DNA of 62,431 bases, filler included, from Collodictyon triciliatum (Eukaryota), in the NCBI GenBank assembly GCA_043381765.1. It is 4 parts of 4 records of this genome, joined end to end, with 100 filler letters (N's around TTAATTAATTAA, not from the genome) between each part and the next. Parts side by side here need not be neighbours in the genome. Positions count along the whole stretch, not along the records: positions 24,599 to 49,070 come from JBHJMP010001083.1; positions 49,171 to 57,866 come from JBHJMP010001107.1; positions 57,967 to 62,431 come from JBHJMP010001154.1; 1 more part is not named here. The stretch is one strand, 5' to 3'. Shown piece after piece: positions 45,101 through 62,431 of the stretch. The notes beneath the pieces are model-generated. The model was not told the DNA's origin. It saw only the letters and a program-made list of their open reading frames with translations, and made no database searches. A program made the translations under genes and the position numbers. Each line of letters opens with the position of its first letter. Position 1 is the stretch's first letter.

Positions 45101-47475
45101 TTCTTTCTAAAGGAAATGTGAATGATGTCTCATTTTCAGCGATAAGATCTTAAACAAAAACAGTTTCTGAATGGGTAAGTGCGCCACCTGCTGCGGAACA
45201 TCGGACGATTCAATCAATTCGTTGTGCTCTGATGCTTGTGTCTTTTTTATTTCCCCAGAAAATGAGAAAGTAATATATAAATTTTTACCGGAAAAAATAG
45301 AAGTTAAAAACAGCATAGAAATGCTATATTCCATTATTGTGTGTACAACACGGCAATATTTTGAGTATTAGGTTATGGTTGACTTACTCCGTGAATGTTT
45401 TCTTGTTGGTCACGGCGGTCCATGTCTTTCTTCAGATAGATAAAGTAGCAAATTGGGCAAACAGTGACCTTAAAGAATTTCCATACAAAACAAAATACAA
45501 AACAAAATACAAAACAAAATACAAAACAAAATACAAAACAAAATACAAAACAAAATACAAAACAAAATACAAAACAAAATACAAAACAAAATACGAAACA
45601 AAATACAAAACAAAATACAAAACATAAAAAAAAAAGGGAAGAAAAAAAAGGAATGAACGAAATAAGGACATATGAGTAAGCGGGTAAATAGCCATTCCTC
45701 ATAATTGTTATTGATGACATTTCATGTTGGATATTAAATCACTTCAGCATAATAGTCGGTTGGTGCCATCTGTTTCAGTTCTTTTGCAAGAATAATTGAT
45801 GTTTGGGATTTCACATCGTATTCTACGAAAATATACACAATCACTATAAATCAAAGTACACACTGTTCACTTCATTATCCATGCGCAAGTGATTCATACA
45901 TGACATAATTCCTGCAGATATAATCATTTTATTCCAGAGCTTCAAAGATATGTCAACCTGTTGATTGCGATGGTTTTTGTAGCCGCTCTTCCAGCCGAGC
46001 AAGGACAATGGACTTTGACATGCAGGGGAGTGTATTTTATATATTGTAATGGGTGAATACAAACAATCAGCTGTAATTTCATTTCTGCGAATATACTAAA
46101 CCTTATTTAGAATAACATAACAGTTATCTTTCTCCAACATCAGCCTCTTTTGGGGCATTTCCATATCACGCACGGGAGGTGTGCAATAGTCTCCATAGCA
46201 TCTTCGAGGCTTAAATGATATAAGGATAAAAAAAAGTAAGGGGATAAATGTAAAATAAGATAAAAAGCCGGCCAAATTGTGGTAAACAATATTCAAGATC
46301 ATGTACCCTGTGTATTCTGGATTGACTAACGACAAGAGACCGATTTAATTTCTCTAATTCCTTTAAAACCAGAAAAAAAATCAGCATAACGCTGACTTGC
46401 AGTGATTACAACTAGTTGAGTAAAAACTTGACCAAATAGATTAAGATATCTTACTTTTTCATCTAAAGGGGGAGCATCGACGGGAACAGTTTCGACATCA
46501 TCAACAAGTTCTGGTGGCGTCAGGCTAATTCTTTCAATTTGTATATTTTCGAAAACTTCACCAAGTTCGATCGTCGTGATGTGAGAAGCATGGTAAAACC
46601 AAAGCTGATGATTAACGAATAATTCAATAAGCTAATATACCAACCATTTTTTCTCTGCAAAAAATGAAAATAATAACCTTTTCATTGGAGTCCATGAGAA
46701 AAAAGGTGCTCATTCGAATAATTTTCTATGAATTAACAGAAGAATGAGAGCTTACTAGCAGCAAAATAAATAAGCCTAAAAAGAAATTGCATTTCTAGAT
46801 CGATCAATTAATTAGCTGATAAAGAAACAACAAATGTAATTGATTGTCTACCACATTCTCGTTGTATTCAACGAACTTGACCATGTTAACAACTTGTCTT
46901 TCCAAAGCTGCGTTCAAATCCAGAAGCCTTGAGGGTGTAAATTTACGAACATACTTTGCCTTGAAACTATCATCATATTCATGTGTAATTAAAATGAAGT
47001 CTGCAATATACACTTTGGGTCAAACTGCAATAAAGAATAAAAATCATGTTCATTGGAAATGGACACGTTTATTATTAAATTAAAAGGCAATCACGATGAT
47101 TCTGAGGCACGTGGTATGTTATCAGGGTTATCATCAGCTGTTCTTAAAGCCTGCGTTTCCTGAAAGCTTTTCAATTGTATAATGAATGGTGATGAAATCT
47201 ATTCAATAAATCTAATTCTGGATAGGAAGCAAAGTGCATGAAGAAAATAAGGAAAATAGCGCTTTGATTCTTGGGAGTTAATTTTAGTATTTACGCTGTA
47301 TAATTCTTGTACGTGAACAGATAAGGTTTTCCAAATTCTTGAATAACGTATTCCACTCGAAAACATGTTTCCAGGGGATGCTGTTTGTCGATAAGTGAAC
47401 AAAGAAAACTTTATGATTCTTACGAGAGACCCGTTTCTGAATTTTTTTCGCTCTAAAATATTTTGCAAAACACTA

Positions 47476-47540
<65 letters not shown>

Positions 47541-48633
47541 AGGATGCATATTTAAAACCAAGTTGATGATGATGGCGATAAGTACATACTTTTCCGGACA
47601 CATATGCTTGCAAAGATACAATATTTCTTCGTGTAACAGGAGGTTCTTCGAGCCAATGGCCAAGACTTTCAGCCTTAATATTCTGGGTTACATGTGTTCC
47701 TATGGTTAGCAAAAAAATGTTGTTAAATTAAATATATAAGCTAACGGTGGTAATTTGCACATTTTGGGCGGATGCTATTATAAATACAAGGACATAATAT
47801 AGATAGCAAAGTTACAACCAATTTGATTTATTCATTTACCATCCATTTTCGGTTTTCTAATAACCGCGATAAAGGGATGTTGGTTTCCATGGGCAACGCG
47901 GTATTTTTCAAATTCTATTTTGATCCTGGAGTAATCATTGTGGGGAAGTGTGTTTCTCTTCATCAGTTTCCCTTCCTGTCCGACGAGAAAATAAATTTAA
48001 TTTCTCAAAGATACAAAAGTCATATCATCGTGTACTTGGATAGCAACCAACACAGTCTCTATATATATGTTTGAAAGCTAGGGAATAATTTGGGGCATAA
48101 GAATACAACAGCATGCATCCATTTAGACTAATACCCTTGGTACCTTGTTTGTAAAAAACCACGTGCGAACATTCCCAGCATCGAAAATAATGGTGTCGGG
48201 TATAGGGACATAAAGCTTTTCCTCGTGTGCCTATCGCGTGAGATGAAATAGAAATTGAATATATTTTTTTTATATAAAACTAAATACATAGCTTAGTACA
48301 AAATAAATGGATATTTAATGGATGTTTCCTTCTTCAAAGTTGTAAATCAAATATATACATATAAAAAAAGGTAAAAGTTTGCCTTCTCTAGTCCACTCAG
48401 AAATGGGAAAGGATCAAAGAAATGACTTTGTTAAAATGTACCCAAAGCGCATGAAACAGCCAGGAAATGTCTCGCTGACTTGGAGTCGGCCCGCCAGACT
48501 GTGGACGAATCGGAGGCGTTTTCCCAGGCGCATTAATCGTGGAGAGGTTCAGACTCCGAAGAGAAACGTTGGACAAAGACACAGACAGCGAATCTGCCGA
48601 GTGTGGCCGCGTGCGGAGACCTCCGTGGGACAT
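42138..48633 (-). CDS. large hypothetical protein with Cys motifs and a C-terminal alpha/beta-hydrolase-fold domain, multi-exon
   Basis: Exons include VPIPDTIIFDAGNVRTWFFTNK, CYGDYC and VTVCPICYFIY. The C-terminal region reads NVVVFNDFMD…ILMFNYPGQARSKF…FFISFGLGASVA…LIVVRSTDDILV…MDGGHRVAEEHP…LPDS*. Internal exon joins were only partly verified. Confidence 0.6.
45484..45623 (+). repeat. 12-bp minisatellite (TACAAAACAAAA)n, intronic
   Basis: Directly visible in the sequence. Confidence 0.95.
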
Positions 48634-48665
48634 AAACTAGGTGTTTAAGAAAGTTGATGCTGTGC

Positions 48666-48696
<31 letters not shown>

Positions 48697-49070
48697 CAGG
48701 GGTTTTTTTTTTTTTTTTCCCCCTCATTCTTTCCTCTTCCTCTTCCTCTTCCTCTTCCTTCCTCTTCCTTCCAAGGAATCTAGCACCAGTGGAGTTGGGC
48801 GATCGGAAATCAGCAAAGATTTGTGAGGTACGATTCTCGTTGCAAGCTAAATTCCACAGATAGGAAAATGATCTAATGTCCAAAAATGTATCGATTTTCT
48901 TATGTGGAATATTGATTTTTTTTATTTTGGGGTGGCTGGGTTCGATTCCGTCTCTGTTCGTGGTTTTGTGTTCGGTGTTCTGGCTCTTAGTCCATTCACA
49001 GTACAACAAAAAATAACAAAAAATAACAAAAAATAACAAAAAACAAAAAAACAAAAAAACAAAAAAACAA

Positions 49071-49170
49071 NNNNNNNNNNNNNNNNNNNNNNNNNNNNNN
49101 NNNNNNNNNNNNNNTTAATTAATTAANNNNNNNNNNNNNNNNNNNNNNNNNNNNNNNNNNNNNNNNNNNN
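49071..49170. other. artificial assembly gap spacer
   Basis: N44-TTAATTAATTAA-N44. Confidence 0.97.
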
Positions 49171-50448
49171 GCAAGGATTCGATTTGCCGGAGAAGAGTGG
49201 TAGCAAAAACTTACAATTAATTTTTGAACAAAAAAAAAAAAAAAAATCACACACTAAAAAAAAAAAAAAAAAAAAAAAAGAGGTTCTGATGTAACTTAAT
49301 TTATTTTTATTTCATTCTATATAGGCTCGCGAACCGTCGGTAACCTTCGCAGCCGATTAAAATTAGGTCTGCTGTGCCCTGCTTTGCGTCCATGTTTTCA
49401 GAATTCAACATTCATATCCAGTTATATGAGACGAAAACAGACAATCGACGAAGAAAAGTAAGAAAAATAAGTAATCATCTTAATTTCAAATAACTCCTTT
49501 TTGTAATCAAAAGGTATTTGAGTGGACATCAGCTGGCCTATCGTCATCGATAAAAATCATTTTTGACTAGAAGGATGGCCATGATGCATATGGGATATCA
49601 TTATCTATTACGAAACAGTTTTTCAAAATAATTATTTTTTTTATTCTTCCTTTCAATTTTGTGCAGGATGGTGGAGATGTTGGAGTTTTTCAAAATAATT
49701 ATAGTGATAAGGAGCAAATAAGGATTTCGGCTTTCTCTGCACAGCTTGAGATATTCTACCTGCTATATGCGGGCTTATAAATAATGATTAGAAAAAATAC
49801 CGTAAATTAATCCAATTGGAAGAGAAAATCAATATCTCATCATTCACCCCTTTATACATTGCTGAAGTCGAACATGTAGTTTTGCAGTAAGTATTGGGAT
49901 AAATCCAAACGATTGACTGCATAGACATATATGAATTGCGCACTCGTCTAGTGAGTTATATGTACAAAAAAGTTTGATACATATTTCGAAAAATAAATAT
50001 GTACTTCTTGAATATATGAAATATATCACATTAAAGCGTTAGGAAAAAGAAAAAAAAAGGAGGAAATGTTGTTCGAGCGTTTCGAACAATTATAAGTAGT
50101 TTGGTAATATTTGAGACACAATATGCAGAAGCTTCCGACGATAAGGAGACGAGGGTTATGAACATTTGTTTTTATTCACTCATCTAGATGGGATATTATG
50201 ACCCTGTATTTTATTTTCCTTTTGCTTTTCTATGTATATGAAGAGAAGATGCAGTCGGATTGAGCAAGATATGTTAAAGAAAAATGGATATCGTTTACAA
50301 GTATGCCTATATAAGACGGCTGGTCGGGCTGCAAGGATGAAAACAACACTGGCATGGTATGGGTCTTGCGGGGAAACCTTGAGAGTTCTCCAAATCCGAT
50401 ACATATCTTTACATATTGACTTTATGGGAAGTGTCGTGTCATATGTTG

Positions 50449-53343
<2,895 letters not shown>

Positions 53344-53715
53344 CTGCAGAAGGAGGAGGACTCGGGCGTGAAACCACCGGCGGCAGCAAAAGACCTTCCT
53401 GGCGTCATAGTCAAAGAGGCCCGCGCGATAAAGAACATGGATGGCATAGGGAGAAAAGGAGTCTCTGCGCAAAGGTGTTGCGGAGTGGCCGTTCATTCGC
53501 CTGCGTGTGACAGGAATCAAGGAACGAGCGCCTGTGATTCGGCCGCCTCTGCGAAAGTGCGGTTGTCTGGTCGAAAAAGGCATGGACTAGCGGAGTGTGG
53601 AAGGAGAAGAAGGATTAGGTTCTGTGTGTCTGTCTGTGGTTCTGTGCTCGGGGAGAAGCTGCGGTGGACGGCACGCAGCAACAAACAAAAAGAAGGCGGG
53701 AGATGCAGTCCCTGC

Positions 53716-57662
<3,947 letters not shown>

Positions 57663-57866
57663 CCACACTCTGGGGAGGCTTGGTTAGCACGTCTCTGGGT
57701 GTTTGTCAGCAAGTGCGGCCCATCAGGCAGAGCCCGACAACTGGGAGGTACACGAAAAAGGCCGCCATTTTTTTGTTTTTTGTTTTTTGTTTTTTGTTTT
57801 TTGTTTTTTGTTTTTTGTTTTTTGTTTTTTGTTTTTTGTTTTTTGTTTTTTTTTTTTTTTTTTTTT

Positions 57867-57966
57867 NNNNNNNNNNNNNNNNNNNNNNNNNNNNNNNNNN
57901 NNNNNNNNNNTTAATTAATTAANNNNNNNNNNNNNNNNNNNNNNNNNNNNNNNNNNNNNNNNNNNN
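57867..57966. other. artificial assembly gap spacer
   Basis: N44-TTAATTAATTAA-N44. Confidence 0.97.
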
Positions 57967-58482
57967 GAGCTTGATTATGCTCCCAACCGACTCAGCGCGT
58001 CTGACATCCTGTTTGGCCCACAATACCAAATGACCCACGACTCTAGAATACTCTGGACAGTCACAACGGGAACATATGCTGTGGTCTTTATGGAGTGTGT
58101 GCGTATTCTCTCGCTCTAACTAATGATTCACCCGAACAAGACATCAATGTATCCAGGCTTGAGAGCCTCGTGCAATACAGCTTCCTGAACAGTCTGCTGA
58201 AACACGCCCGCATTCTTCGCTACTCTGACTGCAAGCGAAGAGAGGTGTGGGAATGTGTCGTGCGATATCTCCCACAGCATATCCAATCCCTGCTACCCAC
58301 GCAGCCAATCAACCAGTTGGGACGCCCACCTGACTAACTCGCTATCACTGACTTCTTTCCGGTGCTACCCTCTCCACGGTAGTGTCTTCCCCTACTCGAG
58401 TTTGCTCTCCACCATGCGCTCCCATCCCGCCCCTTTGTATGGCATAACCTCGCTGCACTTTGAATCGAATAAAGGAAAAAAA
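57967..58482 (+). mobile_element. 3' end of a decayed non-LTR retrotransposon (L1/Tx1-like ORF2 C-terminus, 3' UTR, A tail)
   Basis: Intronless, GC-richer segment next to a gap. The frameshifted reading …SDILFGPQ…ILWTVTT/HMLWSLWS/…LGRPPD* resembles the ILFG…W…LW-x-LW end of L1/Tx1 ORF2. It terminates in AATAAAGG(A)7, which is repeated across the window. The RT core is not visible. Confidence 0.6.
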
Positions 58483-59120
58483 TGGTAAGAATTAGGTGTT
58501 TTACCAGCCCCGTTACTAAAAGGTTTTCTTAATCCGGGATATATATTTATACGTACAATAAACGTAAAAAAACAATGTGATGAACAAACATTGATAAATT
58601 CATACCAAAATATTGTATTTTATCATATTGATATTTAAGGGCCTTGGAAATTTAAATTTTTATATTTTGCCGCCAATATCGAAACACTGTGGTGCGCCAC
58701 GCAAGGACTTTCGCCCGATCCCTGGCGGATTATGCTAGTTGAATCCAATTCCTGCGACGAAAACTTCCAGCACAGCGGCCAGCTGAGGCGGCAATGCCTC
58801 TCCTTGGAATATTGGCGACTGCCTTCGCCTCCAGAGACTTCTGCATCACACATTCCTTTCTCTGACTGACAATCGCGATCATGATCCTCAGTTTTCTTCT
58901 CATTGTCTGTTGCTTTATCTTCGTTTTTTTCTTTTATTGAACTTTCCCCCTCTCTGTTGTCAACTTTTCGGCTTCTTTCTAACTTTCTTTAGAGCTAACT
59001 ATTTGTCATCTATGCTATTCCTCCTCTATATATTTATTTTTATCATTATTATCGTCATAATTGTTGTTGTTATTATATTACTATGAGAATGTCCTTTTTG
59101 TCTCTTTTTTCTCTATGTCT

Positions 59121-59171
59121 CGCCCCTTGATGGCACAACCTCGAGCGCTTTGAAGCGAATAAAGGAAAAAA
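59121..59171 (+). mobile_element. 51-nt LINE-tail insertion upstream of the SEY1 start
   Basis: CGCCCCTTGATGGCACAACCTCGAGCGCTTTGAAGCGAATAAAGGAAAAAA aligns with 58428-58481. Confidence 0.75.
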
Positions 59172-59230
59172 CAAACTCTTTTTCTTAATTTAAGATATCC
59201 TTATGTCTTCTCAGGTCACATTTGCATAAC

Positions 59231-62200
59231 ATGGACCCTGCAAACGCTGAGTCCGATCTTCAAACAGCCTCCGATCCTGTCGACGTCCAAAAAGGGCCTT
59301 CTTCTCCTATGCAACTAGGTCTTTGCTATTGCTGCTTCTTTCTTGTTCTTGTTCTTGTTCTTGTACTTATTATTATTCTAAGGCGAATTTCTGTTGCCCA
59401 CGGCTTGGAAATCATAGTTTCGTACCATCCTTACTTCTCTTTTTGCACTTCCACCCACTTCGATTAACGCACGAAGAAACCATAGACACAACTCAAGACT
59501 ATGTGTACGTTGAGGCTGAAGTACCTGTGCAGTCTGAACCCAAGGAAGAAGCCGTGGATGATTCACAGGAAAAGTATACTATGAGACCCGTGCGGTGTTT
59601 TCTCTGACATTTCTTTGTTTTTCTTTTTCCTTGCATTTAATATTTCCATGCTGGTCATGCTTGGCTCCTGTTCACGTCTGAAATCGCACGTTAACTTTGG
59701 CCTTCCTCTTTTCTTATATCTTTCCCTATTGTACTTTTTTTCTTTAAAATAAAAAGACTATTCTCCTAGGGTTACCCCGAAGCTGCACATCATCGATGGC
59801 GATTGCACTTTTATGTAAGAGCCCATTTTATAGTGGATTATCCTTCTAGAAAGGAATTTGTTTGAGAGCCCTTTCTGTAACACACGTGATACACAAGACC
59901 CTCCATTTTGATACCAACATATCGTTTATCATGTTCCCTCTCCCGTTCACTCTATAATTTCGTTTTATTGACTATTTATTTACTGCCTCTTCTTTTTTCC
60001 TTATAGCCTATCCTACATAACCTCAACATTTGGAAGTGTATTCGATATCTTAACTTATAATATTAATATTCACACGATTGCGCGCTTTGTCTGATTCTTC
60101 TTAATTGAAACAATTGTAGTGGCGATATTGACCACTATTACAGAGCTGTTAAGATGGCTGATGTTGGTCTTGGCTACCACACATTGACAATATTTGGATC
60201 CCAATCGACTGGAAAAAGTACTTTGTGATTAACAGCTATTTCTTTCTCGATTTGAAAGCTTTTTACCTGCCCATCTTTTTGTGACGGATATATTATCACC
60301 ATTTCATTACTATTTTCAAACAATTTGTACACATATTCCACTATCTTTTCTATCTTCACACATTACCATGAATGCTTTTCTGCCTCTTTTTGCTCCTCAT
60401 ATTTTTTTTTTTGGTTCACAGTGTTCTCAATAAAACAATACAACCTTGCAGGTACCCTTCTAAATGACCTGTTTGGAACCTGTTTTGAAATGATGGATGC
60501 ATCACACGGACCTCAACAAACAACAAAGGGTGTTTGGTTGTCGAAGGCTCACAAGGGCAAACTTTTCATCTTTGATGTGGAGGGCACTGACAGTGGTGAG
60601 CGTGGAGAAAATTCATTGGTAATTTACCCTCAAACAAAGCACTATTAAATTTCCTTTGCATTTGATCACAATGTATGATAGCCTTGAAACTACATTCCAA
60701 TCTATTATACATACACTTATGATTAACATTTATAGATTGAACGCAGGACAAGCTTATTTTCAATTGCTGTTGCTGAGGTGGTTATCATCAATATGTTTGC
60801 TGGTAATGTTGGTGAGTCGGTGTCATATTTCATATATCTCTAAGTGGCACATATGGCACTCTCTACCATTTGATCAATACCCTTCGTCCTCAATCCATTT
60901 GTAGGCACTTATCACGGAGCCAATATTGGATTGTTAAGAAACATCCTTGAGGTCAACCTTCAAGTTTTTGCTGTGAACAAGTACTAGTTGATGAAATATG
61001 CAGCCTCAACAGCCATGATGCATGCATTATCTGCCCCGTTCTATTTATTTATTTATTTTAATATTCAAATCCAAGATCAATACTCTGTTCACATTAACCC
61101 ATACAAACATTCATTGCAGATCTGTCACAAAAACGACCATCATGATCATACTGAGAGACTACTTCCCATACCTGAACATTGATCACCTGCGCAACCGAAT
61201 CACTGGTCAGATTACAAGTCTTTGGAGTAAAATCTCATTCGTACGTTCACCGCGCATCTGCATTCATGATTTCTATACAGAGCGAACACACTAATATTCT
61301 TTTTCACCAATGTTAAGTATGTTGGTATCACTCACCTTTTTATGATCGCACCATGAAACTCGGAAATTGATGTACATCCCCTCTCGCTATATTTTTTTTT
61401 TAAAAAATTAAAAAAAAAAAACATTTGAAATGGAATATCTTCTGCTCAAAACTAACTTTTCCTTTCTTTGTTAATCTAATATTAGCCCGAGGGGTACGAG
61501 AACATGAAGTTCGAAGACTTTTTTACCCTTCATGTCATCGAAATGCCATCAAAAATGGTTCTTCCTGACCAGTACCTCGAGACCGTTGTTCGTCTTCGGG
61601 AATTGTAATAGCACGATGCTTTTTCTGTATCAACATTATCTACTGCGTCTAAAATATGACTTCTTATATTTGATCTTCTGTACCGATTTGAAAAATAAAC
61701 AAAATTTAAACTCTTTCTAGCTTCTTGAATCCCAACGCAGAGAATTATGTATACCAAGAGTCTAACACAAAGGCTGTACCTATTGATGGATTTGGTTCTT
61801 ATGTCCGGCAAATATGGGTACACATATCCACGCTTATTAAAAATCATATATTTCGATATTATTTTAAAGGAAATATGTCCTTTATGAATATATACTAAAT
61901 AGTGTATGATAATGTGCAACATATACAATAGGATTCAATCTGCAGCAATCATGACCTTGATATCCCATCCGAGAAGGAGCTCCTTGCTACACATCGTTGC
62001 AATGAAATAGCGGAGGCCGTGAGTCGACTTTATAAACATATCTTTGCATATTTTTATTTTGACGATGAATAGCAAGTTTGGTAATGCGGTACGGTGTCTC
62101 GGACACTATAGGATGATTTTTCTTCTTCTGATTTAACTTCCCTGCCATTTTTCAGGTGCTTCAAGAGTATAATTCTGAAGTTTCCAGGGTCCTCCTTGGT

Positions 62201-62431
62201 GGATTATCTGACCAAAGCGAAAAGGAAGTGTTGCACCTGCTTGAACTCGTTAATATTTCGCTAGGTTTTTATATTATTTCTAATAGACAGAAAATACATT
62301 TTTTTCTGAAGAAATGCAAAAATAAAATAAACAATTCCAGTTTCAAACCAACATCCATTCTAAATCCAAAGAAGTTTGGAATTTATGAATTTTGGTAATC
62401 GGCAGGTGAATCAACTACAGAGACAACTGAA
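59231..62431 (+). CDS. SEY1: SEY1/RHD3 ER-fusion GTPase (partial, runs off the window end), multi-exon
   Basis: Exons give [19 protein letters not shown]…MDAS…[66 protein letters not shown] and [19 protein letters not shown]. Confidence 0.93.

Overview
AT-rich, intron-dense eukaryotic (protist-like) scaffold with GT-AG introns, the standard genetic code, many intronic microsatellites and three artificial 100-nt gap spacers (N...TTAATTAATTAA...N). I rebuilt the genes by hand by joining exons: WDR59/SEA3 (+), Pumilio (-), an LRR-ROC-COR-kinase Roco protein (-), a PDZ-less PSMD9/Nas2 (-), NOXRED1-like (-), an unusual PKA regulatory-subunit-like gene (-), WDR47 (+), a large hypothetical protein with a C-terminal alpha/beta-hydrolase fold (-), a TEY MAP kinase (-), an SLC45/SUT-like MFS sugar transporter (-) and a partial SEY1/RHD3 (+). 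Four observations stand out. (1) The PKA-R-like protein is an internal tandem duplication of [pseudosubstrate site + 3 cNMP-binding domains], giving 6 CNB domains, with no recognisable D/D domain and a C-terminal CaaX box. (2) Seven ultra-short (about 23-50 nt) insertions match the 3' tail of a decayed LINE-like element in the window, several with target-site duplications. (3) The Roco kinase is non-RD and ends in CaaX. (4) A 27-nt templated insertion appears to be copied from the interior of a repeat. Gene names come from recognised motifs only, no database search was run, and multi-exon boundaries are manual predictions.
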